A stretch of 64,000 nt of DNA, from positions 1-64,000 of the forward strand of contig DAOVVV010000004.1 in the NCBI GenBank assembly GCA_030637025.1, read 5' to 3'. The DNA comes from Clostridia bacterium. GTDB taxonomy: Bacteria > CBDUZB01 > JAGLHV01. Every line of letters begins with the position of its first letter. The stretch's first letter is position 1. Shown piece by piece: positions 1 through 8,848 of the stretch. A program made the position numbers and the translations under genes. The notes below the pieces were generated by a model. That model worked only from the letters and a program-made list of their open reading frames with translations. It was not told the origin of the DNA and made no database searches.

Positions 1-1106
1 TCTAAATTACTTAATTCTCCCCGGCCGCCGGCAATGTTATTTAAAATTTCCCGTGCCCGTTTACTGCCTTCGCGACAAGGGGTACATTTCCCACAGGATT
101 CATAATCAAAAAATTCAATACACCGTTTAGCTATATCTACCAAACAACGCTCCTGATTAATAACAATAACCGCCCCGGAACCCAACATACTCCCTGCTTT
201 TTGCACATTAGGATAATCCATCGTTACACTCAAATCTTTATCCGTTAATAAACTGCTGGAAACCCCGCCCGGCAGGACTGCCTTTAATTTTCCTTTAACT
301 CCACCGCCGTGATTTTCTATTAACTCTCCTAAAGTAATATCCATAGGTAGTTCATATACCCCGGGTTTATTGACATCTCCGGAAAGGCAATACAATTTTG
401 TCCCGGGACATGCAGAAGACCCTACCTGAGAAAATTGTTTACCGCCTTTTAAAATAATTTCGGATATATTAGCAAAAGTTTCTACATTATTTAAAACCGT
501 AGGATTATTATTCAATCCCACAAAAGTGGGAAAAGGCGGCTTTACCCGCGATTGTCCTTTTTTCCCTTCCAATGAATCTAAAAGAGCCGTTTCTTCTCCA
601 CAAACATAAGCACCTGCCCCGCGATAAAGCTTAATTTTAAAAGAAAAATCAGAACCGAGAATGTTTTTTCCTAAAAGGTTTTTTTCTTCCGCCTGTTTAA
701 TAGCTTTTTCTAAGACCTCGTAAGCGTGATTATATTCTCCCCGGATATAAATAAACCCTACTTCAGCTTTTATGGCAAAGGCACAAATAATCATTCCTTC
801 CAGTACTAAATGCGGGTCTTTTTCTAAAATCTTCCGGTCTTTAAATGTCCCCGGTTCTCCTTCATCAGCGTTACAAACTACATATTTAGGGCCTTCTTTA
901 CTTTTTCTACTAAATTCCCACTTTAACCCTGTAGGAAAAGCCGCTCCACCCCGACCTACTAATTTAGACGTTTTCACTTCGGAAATAATTTCTTCCGGTT
1001 TCAAAGTAATCGCTTTTTTTAAAGCCTGATACCCTTCAGATGCAAGATAATCTTCAATATCAGCCGTATAACCCTTTTTTTCTATGTTTTTAAGAAGTAC
1101 CTTCAT
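1..1106 (-). CDS. nuoF: NADH-binding flavoprotein subunit (NuoF/HydB/HoxF-like), runs off the window edge
   Basis: Manual translation from ATG at 1106: MKVLLKNIEKKG...GRGGAAFPTGLKW...CNADEGEPGTFKDR...YVCGEETAL...ESCGKCTPCREG (FMN/NADH and 4Fe-4S motifs). Confidence 0.92.
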   Translation of the reverse strand, partial: MKVLLKNIEKKGYTADIEDYLASEGYQALKKAITLKPEEIISEVKTSKLVGRGGAAFPTGLKWEFSRKSKEGPKYVVCNADEGEPGTFKDRKILEKDPHLVLEGMIICAFAIKAEVGFIYIRGEYNHAYEVLEKAIKQAEEKNLLGKNILGSDFSFKIKLYRGAGAYVCGEETALLDSLEGKKGQSRVKPPFPTFVGLNNNPTVLNNVETFANISEIILKGGKQFSQVGSSACPGTKLYCLSGDVNKPGVYELPMDITLGELIENHGGGVKGKLKAVLPGGVSSSLLTDKDLSVTMDYPNVQKAGSMLGSGAVIVINQERCLVDIAKRCIEFFDYESCGKCTPCREGSKRAREILNNIAGGRGELSNL

Positions 1107-1130
1107 TTTTTCCCCTCCCGCTAATTATTC

Positions 1131-1269
1131 TGTCATTCCGCACTCGATGCAGAATCCAAACCGCTTCCCCTGTCATTCCTATTTTACTCTGTCATTCCTG
1201 CGAAAGCAGGAATCCATTTTTCCGTCATTCCTGTTTTTTTCTGTCATTCCGCACTCAATGCGGAATCCA
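1131..1269. repeat. Cluster of GTCATTCC...GAATCC palindromic REP-like repeats
   Basis: tgtcattccgcactcgatgcagaatcca (1131), tgtcattcctgcgaaagcaggaatcca (1190), tgtcattccgcactcaatgcggaatcca (1242), plus half copies. Confidence 0.85.
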
Positions 1270-1284
1270 ATCCACTATCTTTCC

Positions 1285-1734
1285 CTAACAACTCTTAATA
1301 ATTTCCTTAACTTTTTCCCCGGTTAATTCCCCATACTCTTTATCATTAATCATCATTGCCGGAGCCTGGTCACACAATCCCAAACAGGATACCTCTTCCA
1401 AGGTAAACTTTCCGTCCGAGGTTGATTCTCCCATCTTTATTCCTAAAACTTCTTTTAAGGTTTCTATAATTTTATTTGTTCCATTGAGATAGCAAGACAA
1501 AGAGGCACAAACCCTGATTACATATTTATTCTGTTTTTCCAGAGAAAACATAGAATAAAAGCTGACTACACTATAAATTTCTACCCGTGGAATATCTAAT
1601 TTTTCCGCTAAAAAATTCATTACTTCTTCACTTATTTGGCCTTCTTCCTCCTGAATAAAATGCAAACAAGGAAGCAATGCCTGCTGTTTGTTTTCAAACT
1701 TCTCCATTATTTGGTTAAGTTTTTCCTTTTCCAT
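1285..1734 (-). CDS. nuoE: NuoE/HydC-like 2Fe-2S subunit
   Basis: CASLSC...CLGLC thioredoxin-like 2Fe-2S motif; VVSFYSMF; directly upstream of nuoF. Confidence 0.92.
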   Translation of the reverse strand: MEKEKLNQIMEKFENKQQALLPCLHFIQEEEGQISEEVMNFLAEKLDIPRVEIYSVVSFYSMFSLEKQNKYVIRVCASLSCYLNGTNKIIETLKEVLGIKMGESTSDGKFTLEEVSCLGLCDQAPAMMINDKEYGELTGEKVKEIIKSC

Positions 1735-1844
1735 CGATACACCTCCACTCTTTACTTAATAATTTTTTAATATCCTTTATTTAAGACTCTCACCAAACTA
1801 TATTTCTTTTTTTTATTCTGCCTGCCCGCCAGTCCGTAAGGCGG

Positions 1845-1944
1845 GTCATTCCTGTTCTTTTCTGTCACCCCTGTCCTTTTCCGTCATTCCTGCGAAAGCA
1901 GGAATCCATCAATAGCTGTCATTCCGCACTCGATGCGGAATCCA
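1845..1944. repeat. Second cluster of GTCATTCC...GGAATCC REP-like repeats
   Basis: cgtcattcctgcgaaagcaggaatcca and tgtcattccgcactcgatgcggaatcca, same family as 1131-1269. Confidence 0.85.
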
Positions 1945-1948
1945 ATCC

Positions 1949-2599
1949 TCATTTCTCTTTATGCTTAACAAAAAAAAGTAAACTTTCCAACTCACAAGCC
2001 ATATCCACATCAGATATAAATATACCATCGGGTATTTTAAGAATAACCGGCGCAAAATTTAAAATACCTCTAATCTTTAAACGCACCAATTCATCTACTA
2101 TACCCTGCGCTTTTTCCGGGGGAGCCGTTATTATGGCAATTCTAATTTGTTTTTCTTTTATTATTTTTCCTAAAGATTCAATATCCTCGATTTTTATACC
2201 GTTAATTGTTTTCCCGATTTTGGATTTATCACTGTCAAAAGCACAGGCAATCCTGATATTAAATTTAGAAAACCCTTCAAATTTTAAAAGAGCAGTCCCT
2301 AATTTTCCTGCACCGATTAACGCTATCGGCCATTTTTCATTTATCCCTAAAATAGTTTCTATTTCTTTAATTAATTTTTCTACTTCGTATCCCACACCCC
2401 GCTTGCCAAATCCTCCAAAGTAAGACAAATCCTTCCTGAACTGTTCGGCAGACACATTTAAAAATTCTATTATTTTAGCGGAAGAAATAACCGTAATGTT
2501 CTCTTTCCTGATTTTTCTCAAATTTCTCAAATATAAACTTAGTCTTTTTATCACATCAGGGGAAAAACATTTCTTTTTAATACAAATTTTCTCAGCCAT
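1949..2599 (-). CDS. rex: Redox-sensing transcriptional repressor Rex
   Basis: RLSLYLR, QFRKDLSYFGGFGKRGVGYEV, GAGKLG Rossmann motif, ILNFAP; start moved to ATG 2599 behind a GGAG RBS. Confidence 0.95.
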   Translation of the reverse strand: MAEKICIKKKCFSPDVIKRLSLYLRNLRKIRKENITVISSAKIIEFLNVSAEQFRKDLSYFGGFGKRGVGYEVEKLIKEIETILGINEKWPIALIGAGKLGTALLKFEGFSKFNIRIACAFDSDKSKIGKTINGIKIEDIESLGKIIKEKQIRIAIITAPPEKAQGIVDELVRLKIRGILNFAPVILKIPDGIFISDVDMACELESLLFFVKHKEK

Positions 2600-2612
2600 C
2601 AATTCTCCTACT

Positions 2613-2630
2613 TTGTTACTAATTTCACAA
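2613..2630. promoter_or_regulatory. Rex operator (autoregulation of rex-nuoE-nuoF)
   Basis: Minus-strand TTGTGAAATTAGTAACAA matches the Rex palindrome TTGTGAA-N4-TTCACAA and lies between the -10 box and the RBS. Confidence 0.8.
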
Positions 2631-2659
2631 AGTATAGCAAAAACACTTTTTTTTGTCAA
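2631..2659 (-). promoter_or_regulatory. Sigma70-type promoter of rex
   Basis: TTGACA-17 bp-TATACT on the minus strand. Confidence 0.75.
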
Positions 2660-2815
2660 GAAAAAAATTTCCTCCGATATAAAAATCAATGTTTCACACT
2701 TTTAGAGGTTTTTAAGATATCGGTTTGGTAAAAATAATGGTTACTTTTGTATTGTAGGGGGAAATAAAGGTATGGTTTTGTCAAATTCTAATCTTGCCTT
2801 TTCATTCTCCCCATA

Positions 2816-2853
2816 TCAATTATTTTCTACTTTCGGGATCTGACCCTTTTGTC
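2816..2853. repeat. Partial copy of the TCTGACCC-ended element (direct repeat of 3660-3697)
   Basis: tcaattattttctactttcgggatctgacccttttgtc vs tcaattattttctattttcgaggtctgacccctttgtc. Confidence 0.8.
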
Positions 2854-3578
2854 CTCCCTCTATTTTGTCCTAACCATGATGCAGAAAACGCCAGAATTGC
2901 ATCAAGAAGCTCACGTAGATACTTGGCATTAACAACTGATTTTGGAAGGAACTCCTCGTATTTGTCACGGCTTTGCCAGATTGCTTTAGAGACTGGGTTC
3001 GCCGGCTTACCAAGCATTGAATTCAAAAAACTATCGAAGGGGTACCCCCACATGTCGAGCACGATGAAACCGACTGCCTCTGCTGGAGTGATCGACTCAC
3101 CCTGTGAGTGTCGGAACGCGACATCGCTGACAGGAGGGTCGACATGTCCGACGAGAAAATCTGCACTTGTCCGGACTGTAGGCACCCAAAATGTTGTGCA
3201 CCAGCGTTCAAGGAATAGTTATTGAAAAGCTTCCCAGTCCAGTAAATGGATGTTCGTGTGCCGGACAACATCGTACGCACCAGATTGAAAGCCGTGGGAA
3301 GAAATGAATAAACCAAAGTGGGCGCCGGAATCGGCAACGATAGTTCGAAAGGTTTGGACCTCGCCTTGCGGCACTGGGGAAATCCAACGTTTGCATTCAC
3401 AAAGGTATATCGACTTAGGGGTTGTTGACAAATCAGTCGCGTAGACGTCAATCTCGGCTTTGCCGCGTGCCATAGTCACGGTTTTCTCCGTTTCCGCGAT
3501 AAACCCGCATTCCCGAAGGATTGCGGCAACACAACACTGCAGGTCTCGCCAGTCTTTTCCCGGTTGCTTCTCGATCAT
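2820..3578 (-). pseudogene. Mrr-like PD-(D/E)xK restriction endonuclease split by an in-frame TAA
   Basis: AEIDVYA...LCECKRW...SGFQSGA-type motifs; ORFs 3219-3578 and 2820-3185 share a frame (WEAFQ*LFLERW); visibly higher GC than flanks. Confidence 0.75.
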
Positions 3579-3627
3579 GTCTTGCCTCCAGTTTCGCCTA
3601 ACAATAAAAGAACCGATTTAATAAACA

Positions 3628-3691
3628 GGGACAGCTACCGTTTATTTTTTTGCTCTTTCTCAATTATTTTCTATTTTCGAGGTCTGACCCC
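3628..3691. mobile_element. Small element with GGGACAG...TCTGACCCC termini
   Basis: gggacagctaccgtttatt ... gaggtctgacccc between the nuclease pseudogene and lmuB. Confidence 0.6.
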
Positions 3692-3717
3692 TTTGTCTTT
3701 TTTTGTAGTCCTAAACA

Positions 3718-5580
3718 TCAATCCTTTGTTTTTTTATTTTCAGGAAAAAAACCATATCTATCAACTTCCTTGTTTCTTGAAAAATGTTCATATGTTACAA
3801 TCTTCTTTATATTCTCTTCGGGGTCTTTATTCTCAAGAATAAATATTTGAAAATCTGTGTCCTTATTATATTTTGACAAACTCTTAAAGAATAATTTTTG
3901 AATGTCTTCTGAGAGTAAATCTTCTTTATCTTTTGTCATATCTTGCTCTTTATACGCTGTTAAAGGAGAGTCTAAAATAAGGAAGAAAGGATGACACTTA
4001 TCGTTGACCAAACAATATTTCATAAGCGCTACCATAAATGCTGATTCATAAATAGCCCTGAACCCTTTTCCAAAGTGATTTCTTGGTTTTCCGTCAATTT
4101 CAATATCATTCTCAGTCTTATCATAATAAACTGATTTACAGGGAATACCCCATTCATTCAGCACCTTCTTTATTTCGGCTGCAAATACATTATACAGCTC
4201 GTTTGCAATAGATCTCCCAGAAACACTTTTGCTCTTTTCTTCATATTTCGTTACATAGTATTTCTTTTCTTTATTTAAGATATTTATCCCTTCATTTATT
4301 ATTGATATCCTAAATTTGTCATCCTTTAGCTTTAGATATTCTTCGAGCTTCTTTCGATTTATATCTGTCATAGGTTTCAGTTTATTATTTATGTAAGTAT
4401 CCATTTGGTTAAATGATTCCATTTTAGCAGCATAATGCGTATTCAATTCTTGCTTTTCAATATTAAACTGTTCTAAAGTTTGCGAAAGCTCTTTCTGTTT
4501 TAGCTTAATATTTAATGATTCTGCCTCTAATGCTCCTACAATATTTTCTGACTTATCTTCCTCATAATTCTCTAATAATTTCTGACTGATTAGAGAACCA
4601 CATATAGGACAATTTACCTTTTTAAGTTGGTCAATATATTGCTTTCCTTCGTTAATAAACTCTAGTCTACCAAGATCGCTACTATAATGTTTATTTAACA
4701 GATTAAACCTTTTTTCCAGTTCTTTTATCTGGTTGATTTTATTACGTATTAATTCTATTTCTTTCCAAATATCCTCCCTTTTTTGCTCCTCTTCTATCAC
4801 ATTTTTATGTGAATTATTAATGATATTTGTAAATTCGTCTATCATTACATTTATTTCTTCGATCTCCAAACTTCGCACCTTTTTATTTAATTCTTCTAAT
4901 TGATTAGTTTTATGTATAATTGATTCCTCTATAAATTCAAGCTTACCTTTAATTTTACTTTTATATATTTCAGGATCTTTGACAAATTCTAACTCATCAT
5001 CATCTTTTCCAGATAAAATCAATTTAAAAACTGATTTTTCTACGGTTTTATTAACCACTTCTCCTGAATAAATAGGAGAATGTTTTGTAATTATCAATTC
5101 TTCATTAATGAGACACAATTTCGCAATATCTCTAAAACTTATTTCTCTTTTTTTATTTCTTTTATCAATACTTACCTTTTTGCCAACTAATCCTATTAGT
5201 TTTAGTAGAAAACAGGAAATATTTGAGTCGTTTTTAGAACTATGTTTTGCAGATAATTCCTCTGCAGGGACCTTATCAAAATCTTTCATTGGAGTTTTAG
5301 CAACATATATTTTTGAGTCGCCAAACTTTCTGCTTATTGTATATTTTTCATCATCATAAGTTATTAAGCTCAATCTTATTTCATCATATCCTTTTGCCTC
5401 TGCTATTTTATCCGGCTTTTTAGAACTCCCTAAAACATAGTTTATGCAATTAAAGACATAAGATTTACCCGTATTTGATGCCCCCTGGAGTATATTAAGA
5501 CCTTTTTCAAGGCATATTTTTGCGGGTTTCACTTCTCTCCCCACAACACATAGTTCTTTTATATAAAATCCTTTATGCAT
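3718..5580 (-). CDS. lmuB: SMC-like ABC ATPase of Lamassu/ABC-three-component system
   Basis: Walker A GASNTGKS, long coiled coil with CPIC zinc hook, signature FGKGFRA, Walker B LILDSP; third gene of an overlapping triplet. Confidence 0.85.
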   Translation of the reverse strand: MHKGFYIKELCVVGREVKPAKICLEKGLNILQGASNTGKSYVFNCINYVLGSSKKPDKIAEAKGYDEIRLSLITYDDEKYTISRKFGDSKIYVAKTPMKDFDKVPAEELSAKHSSKNDSNISCFLLKLIGLVGKKVSIDKRNKKREISFRDIAKLCLINEELIITKHSPIYSGEVVNKTVEKSVFKLILSGKDDDELEFVKDPEIYKSKIKGKLEFIEESIIHKTNQLEELNKKVRSLEIEEINVMIDEFTNIINNSHKNVIEEEQKREDIWKEIELIRNKINQIKELEKRFNLLNKHYSSDLGRLEFINEGKQYIDQLKKVNCPICGSLISQKLLENYEEDKSENIVGALEAESLNIKLKQKELSQTLEQFNIEKQELNTHYAAKMESFNQMDTYINNKLKPMTDINRKKLEEYLKLKDDKFRISIINEGINILNKEKKYYVTKYEEKSKSVSGRSIANELYNVFAAEIKKVLNEWGIPCKSVYYDKTENDIEIDGKPRNHFGKGFRAIYESAFMVALMKYCLVNDKCHPFFLILDSPLTAYKEQDMTKDKEDLLSEDIQKLFFKSLSKYNKDTDFQIFILENKDPEENIKKIVTYEHFSRNKEVDRYGFFPENKKTKD

Positions 5581-6076
5581 TGTTATTGCCCTCCATTAAA
5601 TGAAACTCCCTTGAAAACTCAGCTCCCCATTTCCCAAGATTACTTTGTATAAATCCATTCAGTTTATTATCTGACATGGAATCGTAATTACTACAAACCC
5701 ATTTAGCCCTTTCATCCAACTCCTTTGAATAATTTGAATTAAAATGATCCAGAAATAAAGAAGTATTTTTATTTGAAATATATTTTATGCCCGATTTTGC
5801 ATACTTAACGCATATCAACTCTCTCGACAATAATAGATTAATCCCTTTTTGAATCACTTTCCTGCCTATTAGTATTTCACAAGATCGATTTGGCATTTCA
5901 GGATGCAAACTTTCTGGTGCGTCGGGTATATCAGAAGAATGAACTATCAAATAATTATAATAGATCAATCTTTGTATATCCAAAATACTTTTATTAGTAT
6001 TCCTAAATATATACAGTATTCTAAGACCTACTTCTAAAGGTGAGTTAAATAGAGAAGGGATTTCTATTTTTTCCAT
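5573..6076 (-). CDS. lmuC: ABC-3C middle component (LmuC-like)
   Basis: FNSPLEVGLR...YLIVHSSD...SLHP motifs typical of ABC-3C middle components; overlaps both neighbours. Confidence 0.8.
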   Translation of the reverse strand: MEKIEIPSLFNSPLEVGLRILYIFRNTNKSILDIQRLIYYNYLIVHSSDIPDAPESLHPEMPNRSCEILIGRKVIQKGINLLLSRELICVKYAKSGIKYISNKNTSLFLDHFNSNYSKELDERAKWVCSNYDSMSDNKLNGFIQSNLGKWGAEFSREFHLMEGNNNA

Positions 6077-7161
6077 TTTATATCACTCCTCTCGTTGGAT
6101 AAATGATGGCAAATTCCTTTCTTATCATTAATCCCTGCACTGTTAATAAGAGGATTGTTCGTAATTACTATTTCTGTTGCCCTTCTTAATACTTTCTTTA
6201 ACCTGTCAAAACCATTATCTGCATCTTCTTCAACAGTGTCAATAATCCCATCGTATATTTCGTTTTTTAGTTTTTCAAAATAATTTAAATCGGGATCATA
6301 AATATCGCGAGAAAATCCTTTGAGAGATTCCGCGCAAAAAAAACAGGTTCTGTGCCTTTCAAAATCTGTTTTTATGTCGGGATAATTATCCAGTTTCTTG
6401 GAATTATTAATATCGTCTTTGAGATATTCGCTATATGCTCCAAGTATTTTTTTAATGTAAACGGATTCGCTTTCCTGAATTTTTTGCGGTGGTGATTTGG
6501 GCAACGGACGAGGCTTAGAAATACCACCAAAACGAGATGAGTAGTAACAAGTTTCTTTATATTGTTTGATAAACACCAGTGGCTCGATGTAATCAAACAT
6601 TGAGAAATCAAAACTATCTATATAACCACAAAAACTACCCTCTAAATCTATCTTTTTGCCAAAGCATATCTTACTCTTACAGATCCTATTCCATTTATTT
6701 TTTAATGTATCTCTAAGGGAAACCCCATTTTTTAACAAATCATGGACTTTTGCTACAACACCTGATTGCGAGACAAAAAAATATTTTTTAGGCGGAGCAA
6801 ATTCCTTCATATAACAGTAATAACATAGCTTGCCAATTTCAAGTATAACTTCCGATGTGCTTAATTTTTGCGCATAATGTTTACATTGATAATTATCCCA
6901 GACATCTTTTTTGTAATCTGAATAAGCTACTACATCCCTACCTTTATCGCCTGTGCCTCCAATATGACATACTTTTTCATATTTCAACTTTAAATACCCA
7001 TAGACCCATTCATGCACCATTTCTTCAAAAGTGCCTCCATCAATTACTTTGAGTAACTGTAATGGGGGAATAGGCTTAGAAATTATTTGAGCATTGGACA
7101 AATCAATTTTATAGTCAGGTTTTGTGAACTCTTGAACATGAGCCATATACTTATTCTCCAA
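6064..7161 (-). CDS. lmuA: ABC-3C effector: N-terminal PD-(D/E)xK nuclease plus C-terminal ABC-3C domain (LmuA-like)
   Basis: FEE...GGTGDKGRDV...YQCKHY nuclease motif; C-terminal DKKGICHHLSN...W. Confidence 0.8.
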   Translation of the reverse strand: MENKYMAHVQEFTKPDYKIDLSNAQIISKPIPPLQLLKVIDGGTFEEMVHEWVYGYLKLKYEKVCHIGGTGDKGRDVVAYSDYKKDVWDNYQCKHYAQKLSTSEVILEIGKLCYYCYMKEFAPPKKYFFVSQSGVVAKVHDLLKNGVSLRDTLKNKWNRICKSKICFGKKIDLEGSFCGYIDSFDFSMFDYIEPLVFIKQYKETCYYSSRFGGISKPRPLPKSPPQKIQESESVYIKKILGAYSEYLKDDINNSKKLDNYPDIKTDFERHRTCFFCAESLKGFSRDIYDPDLNYFEKLKNEIYDGIIDTVEEDADNGFDRLKKVLRRATEIVITNNPLINSAGINDKKGICHHLSNERSDIKWKK

Positions 7162-7233
7162 TAATTTACCTATAAATACTTTTAGTTAGTTTGAACACCC
7201 AAACCTATTACGGAACTGCGTTCAGAACATCTT

Positions 7234-7300
7234 GGGGAACGTTGTTTAAAGTTTTAATTTATTAAAACATCTTTTTTTCAAGCCCTTTTTCTTTCGTTAT
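7234..7300. mobile_element. Family A element, left part
   Basis: ggggaacgttgtttaaagttttaatttattaaaacatctttttttcaagccctttttctttcgttat, near-identical to 30463-30528. Confidence 0.8.
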
Positions 7301-7317
7301 GGACATTGGGAAATATT

Positions 7318-7570
7318 GGGGAAGTTGCATCCTTTACTAACAAATTATTCTTTTTATTACTTTGGGTTCGTTTTTAGTTAATTCTTCCCTCTCCGGGATA
7401 ATTTGCCCATTCCATTTGAACTTATTTTCAAATCTTTTTCAAACTTGTTTCCGCTTAAACCAAGACAATCTATTGCTAAATTCACAACCACAACCCTTTC
7501 TCGTTTGTTTTGGTATGGCCCGATTATAACAACAGTTTTATAATTAGTCAAGTTACTACTCTACATCCCC
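7318..7570 (-). mobile_element. Family B element (internally deleted RAYT/Y1 transposase derivative)
   Basis: Termini GGGGAAGTTG...CTACATCCCC; colinear with 33574-33837; carries a TTGACT-17-TATAAT promoter and degenerate HTH-like codons. Confidence 0.75.
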
Positions 7571-7586
7571 AATGCTTCCCTTTTTT

Positions 7587-7790
7587 TTAACATATGAAAT
7601 CAGCTATTTTGTATCTTTGTTCTTTTCCATTAACTTCATTTACCAAGTATTCATCTTCTCTATAAAATTTTGTTTGACAATTTGGATCAGGACATCTATA
7701 TACATTTTGTTCAATATCATCCTTAACTAAAATATTTCTCCTTTTCTCCTTATCTCCACATATTGGACAAGCAATTTTTTCTTCGCACAT
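7587..7790 (-). CDS. Small zinc-ribbon-like protein
   Basis: CPIC...CPDPNC, 67 aa. Confidence 0.5.
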   Translation of the reverse strand: MCEEKIACPICGDKEKRRNILVKDDIEQNVYRCPDPNCQTKFYREDEYLVNEVNGKEQRYKIADFIC

Positions 7791-7918
7791 GAATTATTTC
7801 CTTTTTCAATGTTTATAATTTAATGCTTTCTTATGCCACCCTTTTAAGATCTCTTTCATATCATTTTTTATCTCTCTTTTCTCATCCAAATCCTTCTTGC
7901 ATTTAATCTGGAAATAGA

Positions 7919-8611
7919 TTAATTCTTTATGCGTTTTTTGATCCATGAAATTATAAAAAACAAGAGCTTTTTCATCCTTACCCATAAACTGGATTTTTCC
8001 TTAACTTTGGGAATCTCCAATTCTTCACCTTCAACTACGGGTTCAATTTTCTTTCTCCATCGACTTGGGTCAACCAAGATGCACGTTTGTATAACTGCAT
8101 ACCCATCAAACAATACTAATCCTAATATAAGAACAACATCTCTATAAGAGGTGCTGAAAGAACAACGATAAGCAAATACAACGGCAAATAGATTCAGTAA
8201 CAGGAATATTCCACGGACATGGAGAAAGTGTAGATTTGATTTCCATCCTGGCTCCCTAAAATAGTGCTTCTGGCAAAATTTTTCCCATCCTAATCCTGAA
8301 AAATGTGGTTCTATTTTATGCTGAATGTATTCTCCGATAAGTACAATCATCTTATCATGATCTGACCATCCAATGGCTAAGAGAAGCAGTAGTAGTGGAA
8401 TAAGTAAAAAGATATGAAAGCCTTGTTGAGGAGCTTTAATTCCTATTTTAATGCCCAGGGTAAAGAGTGTTCCTGAAGTGATAAATGCTAGGTGCACCAA
8501 CAATTGCTGACTCGTAGAACGCCTCATTATTTCTTCTCTAAGTGTAGAGAATTCAACTAATGCACCTTGAGTTTGGTGAGATAAATTTATATTCTGATTA
8601 GATTCAAACAT
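7919..8611 (-). CDS. Hypothetical membrane protein (about 4 TM)
   Basis: 230-aa ORF with hydrophobic segments; EFSTLREEI and IGEYI motifs. Confidence 0.7.
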   Translation of the reverse strand: MFESNQNINLSHQTQGALVEFSTLREEIMRRSTSQQLLVHLAFITSGTLFTLGIKIGIKAPQQGFHIFLLIPLLLLLLAIGWSDHDKMIVLIGEYIQHKIEPHFSGLGWEKFCQKHYFREPGWKSNLHFLHVRGIFLLLNLFAVVFAYRCSFSTSYRDVVLILGLVLFDGYAVIQTCILVDPSRWRKKIEPVVEGEELEIPKVKEKSSLWVRMKKLLFFIISWIKKRIKN

Positions 8612-8715
8612 TGATTAACACGCACCCTTTCCTATCCTTTAATTTCGGCCACTAAGAAATGCAGTAACATGCTTATTTTTCCAAAAGAACTATTATCTCA
8701 TTTTTGAGATGTCTT

Positions 8716-8820
8716 GGGAAACAATACGATAACAAATGTCCATAAGTAAAAAAACAAAAAATTCCCTATCAGTCTTTAAAGACCTTTTTTTAAAATATAA
8801 TCTACAAATTCAGTGTCCCC
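8716..8820. mobile_element. Family D element (inverted copy at 12113-12220)
   Basis: GGGAAACAATAC...CAGTGTCCCC; reverse complement aligns along its length with 12113-12220. Confidence 0.8.
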
Positions 8821-8848
8821 TATTTGTGCCTTGTTTTAGTGGCATAAA

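Noticed and set aside
1084-1326. 80-aa plus-strand ORF with VIPHSM repeats (also ORFs 54104-54286 and 51646-51861)
   Set aside because: Translations of REP clusters or of tRNA-Asp, not genes.
2600-2689. N-terminal extensions in the ORF track (rex; also 31986-32087, 36848-36970, 59841-59888)
   Set aside because: They overlap promoter, repeat or neighbouring-gene DNA; better starts lie downstream.
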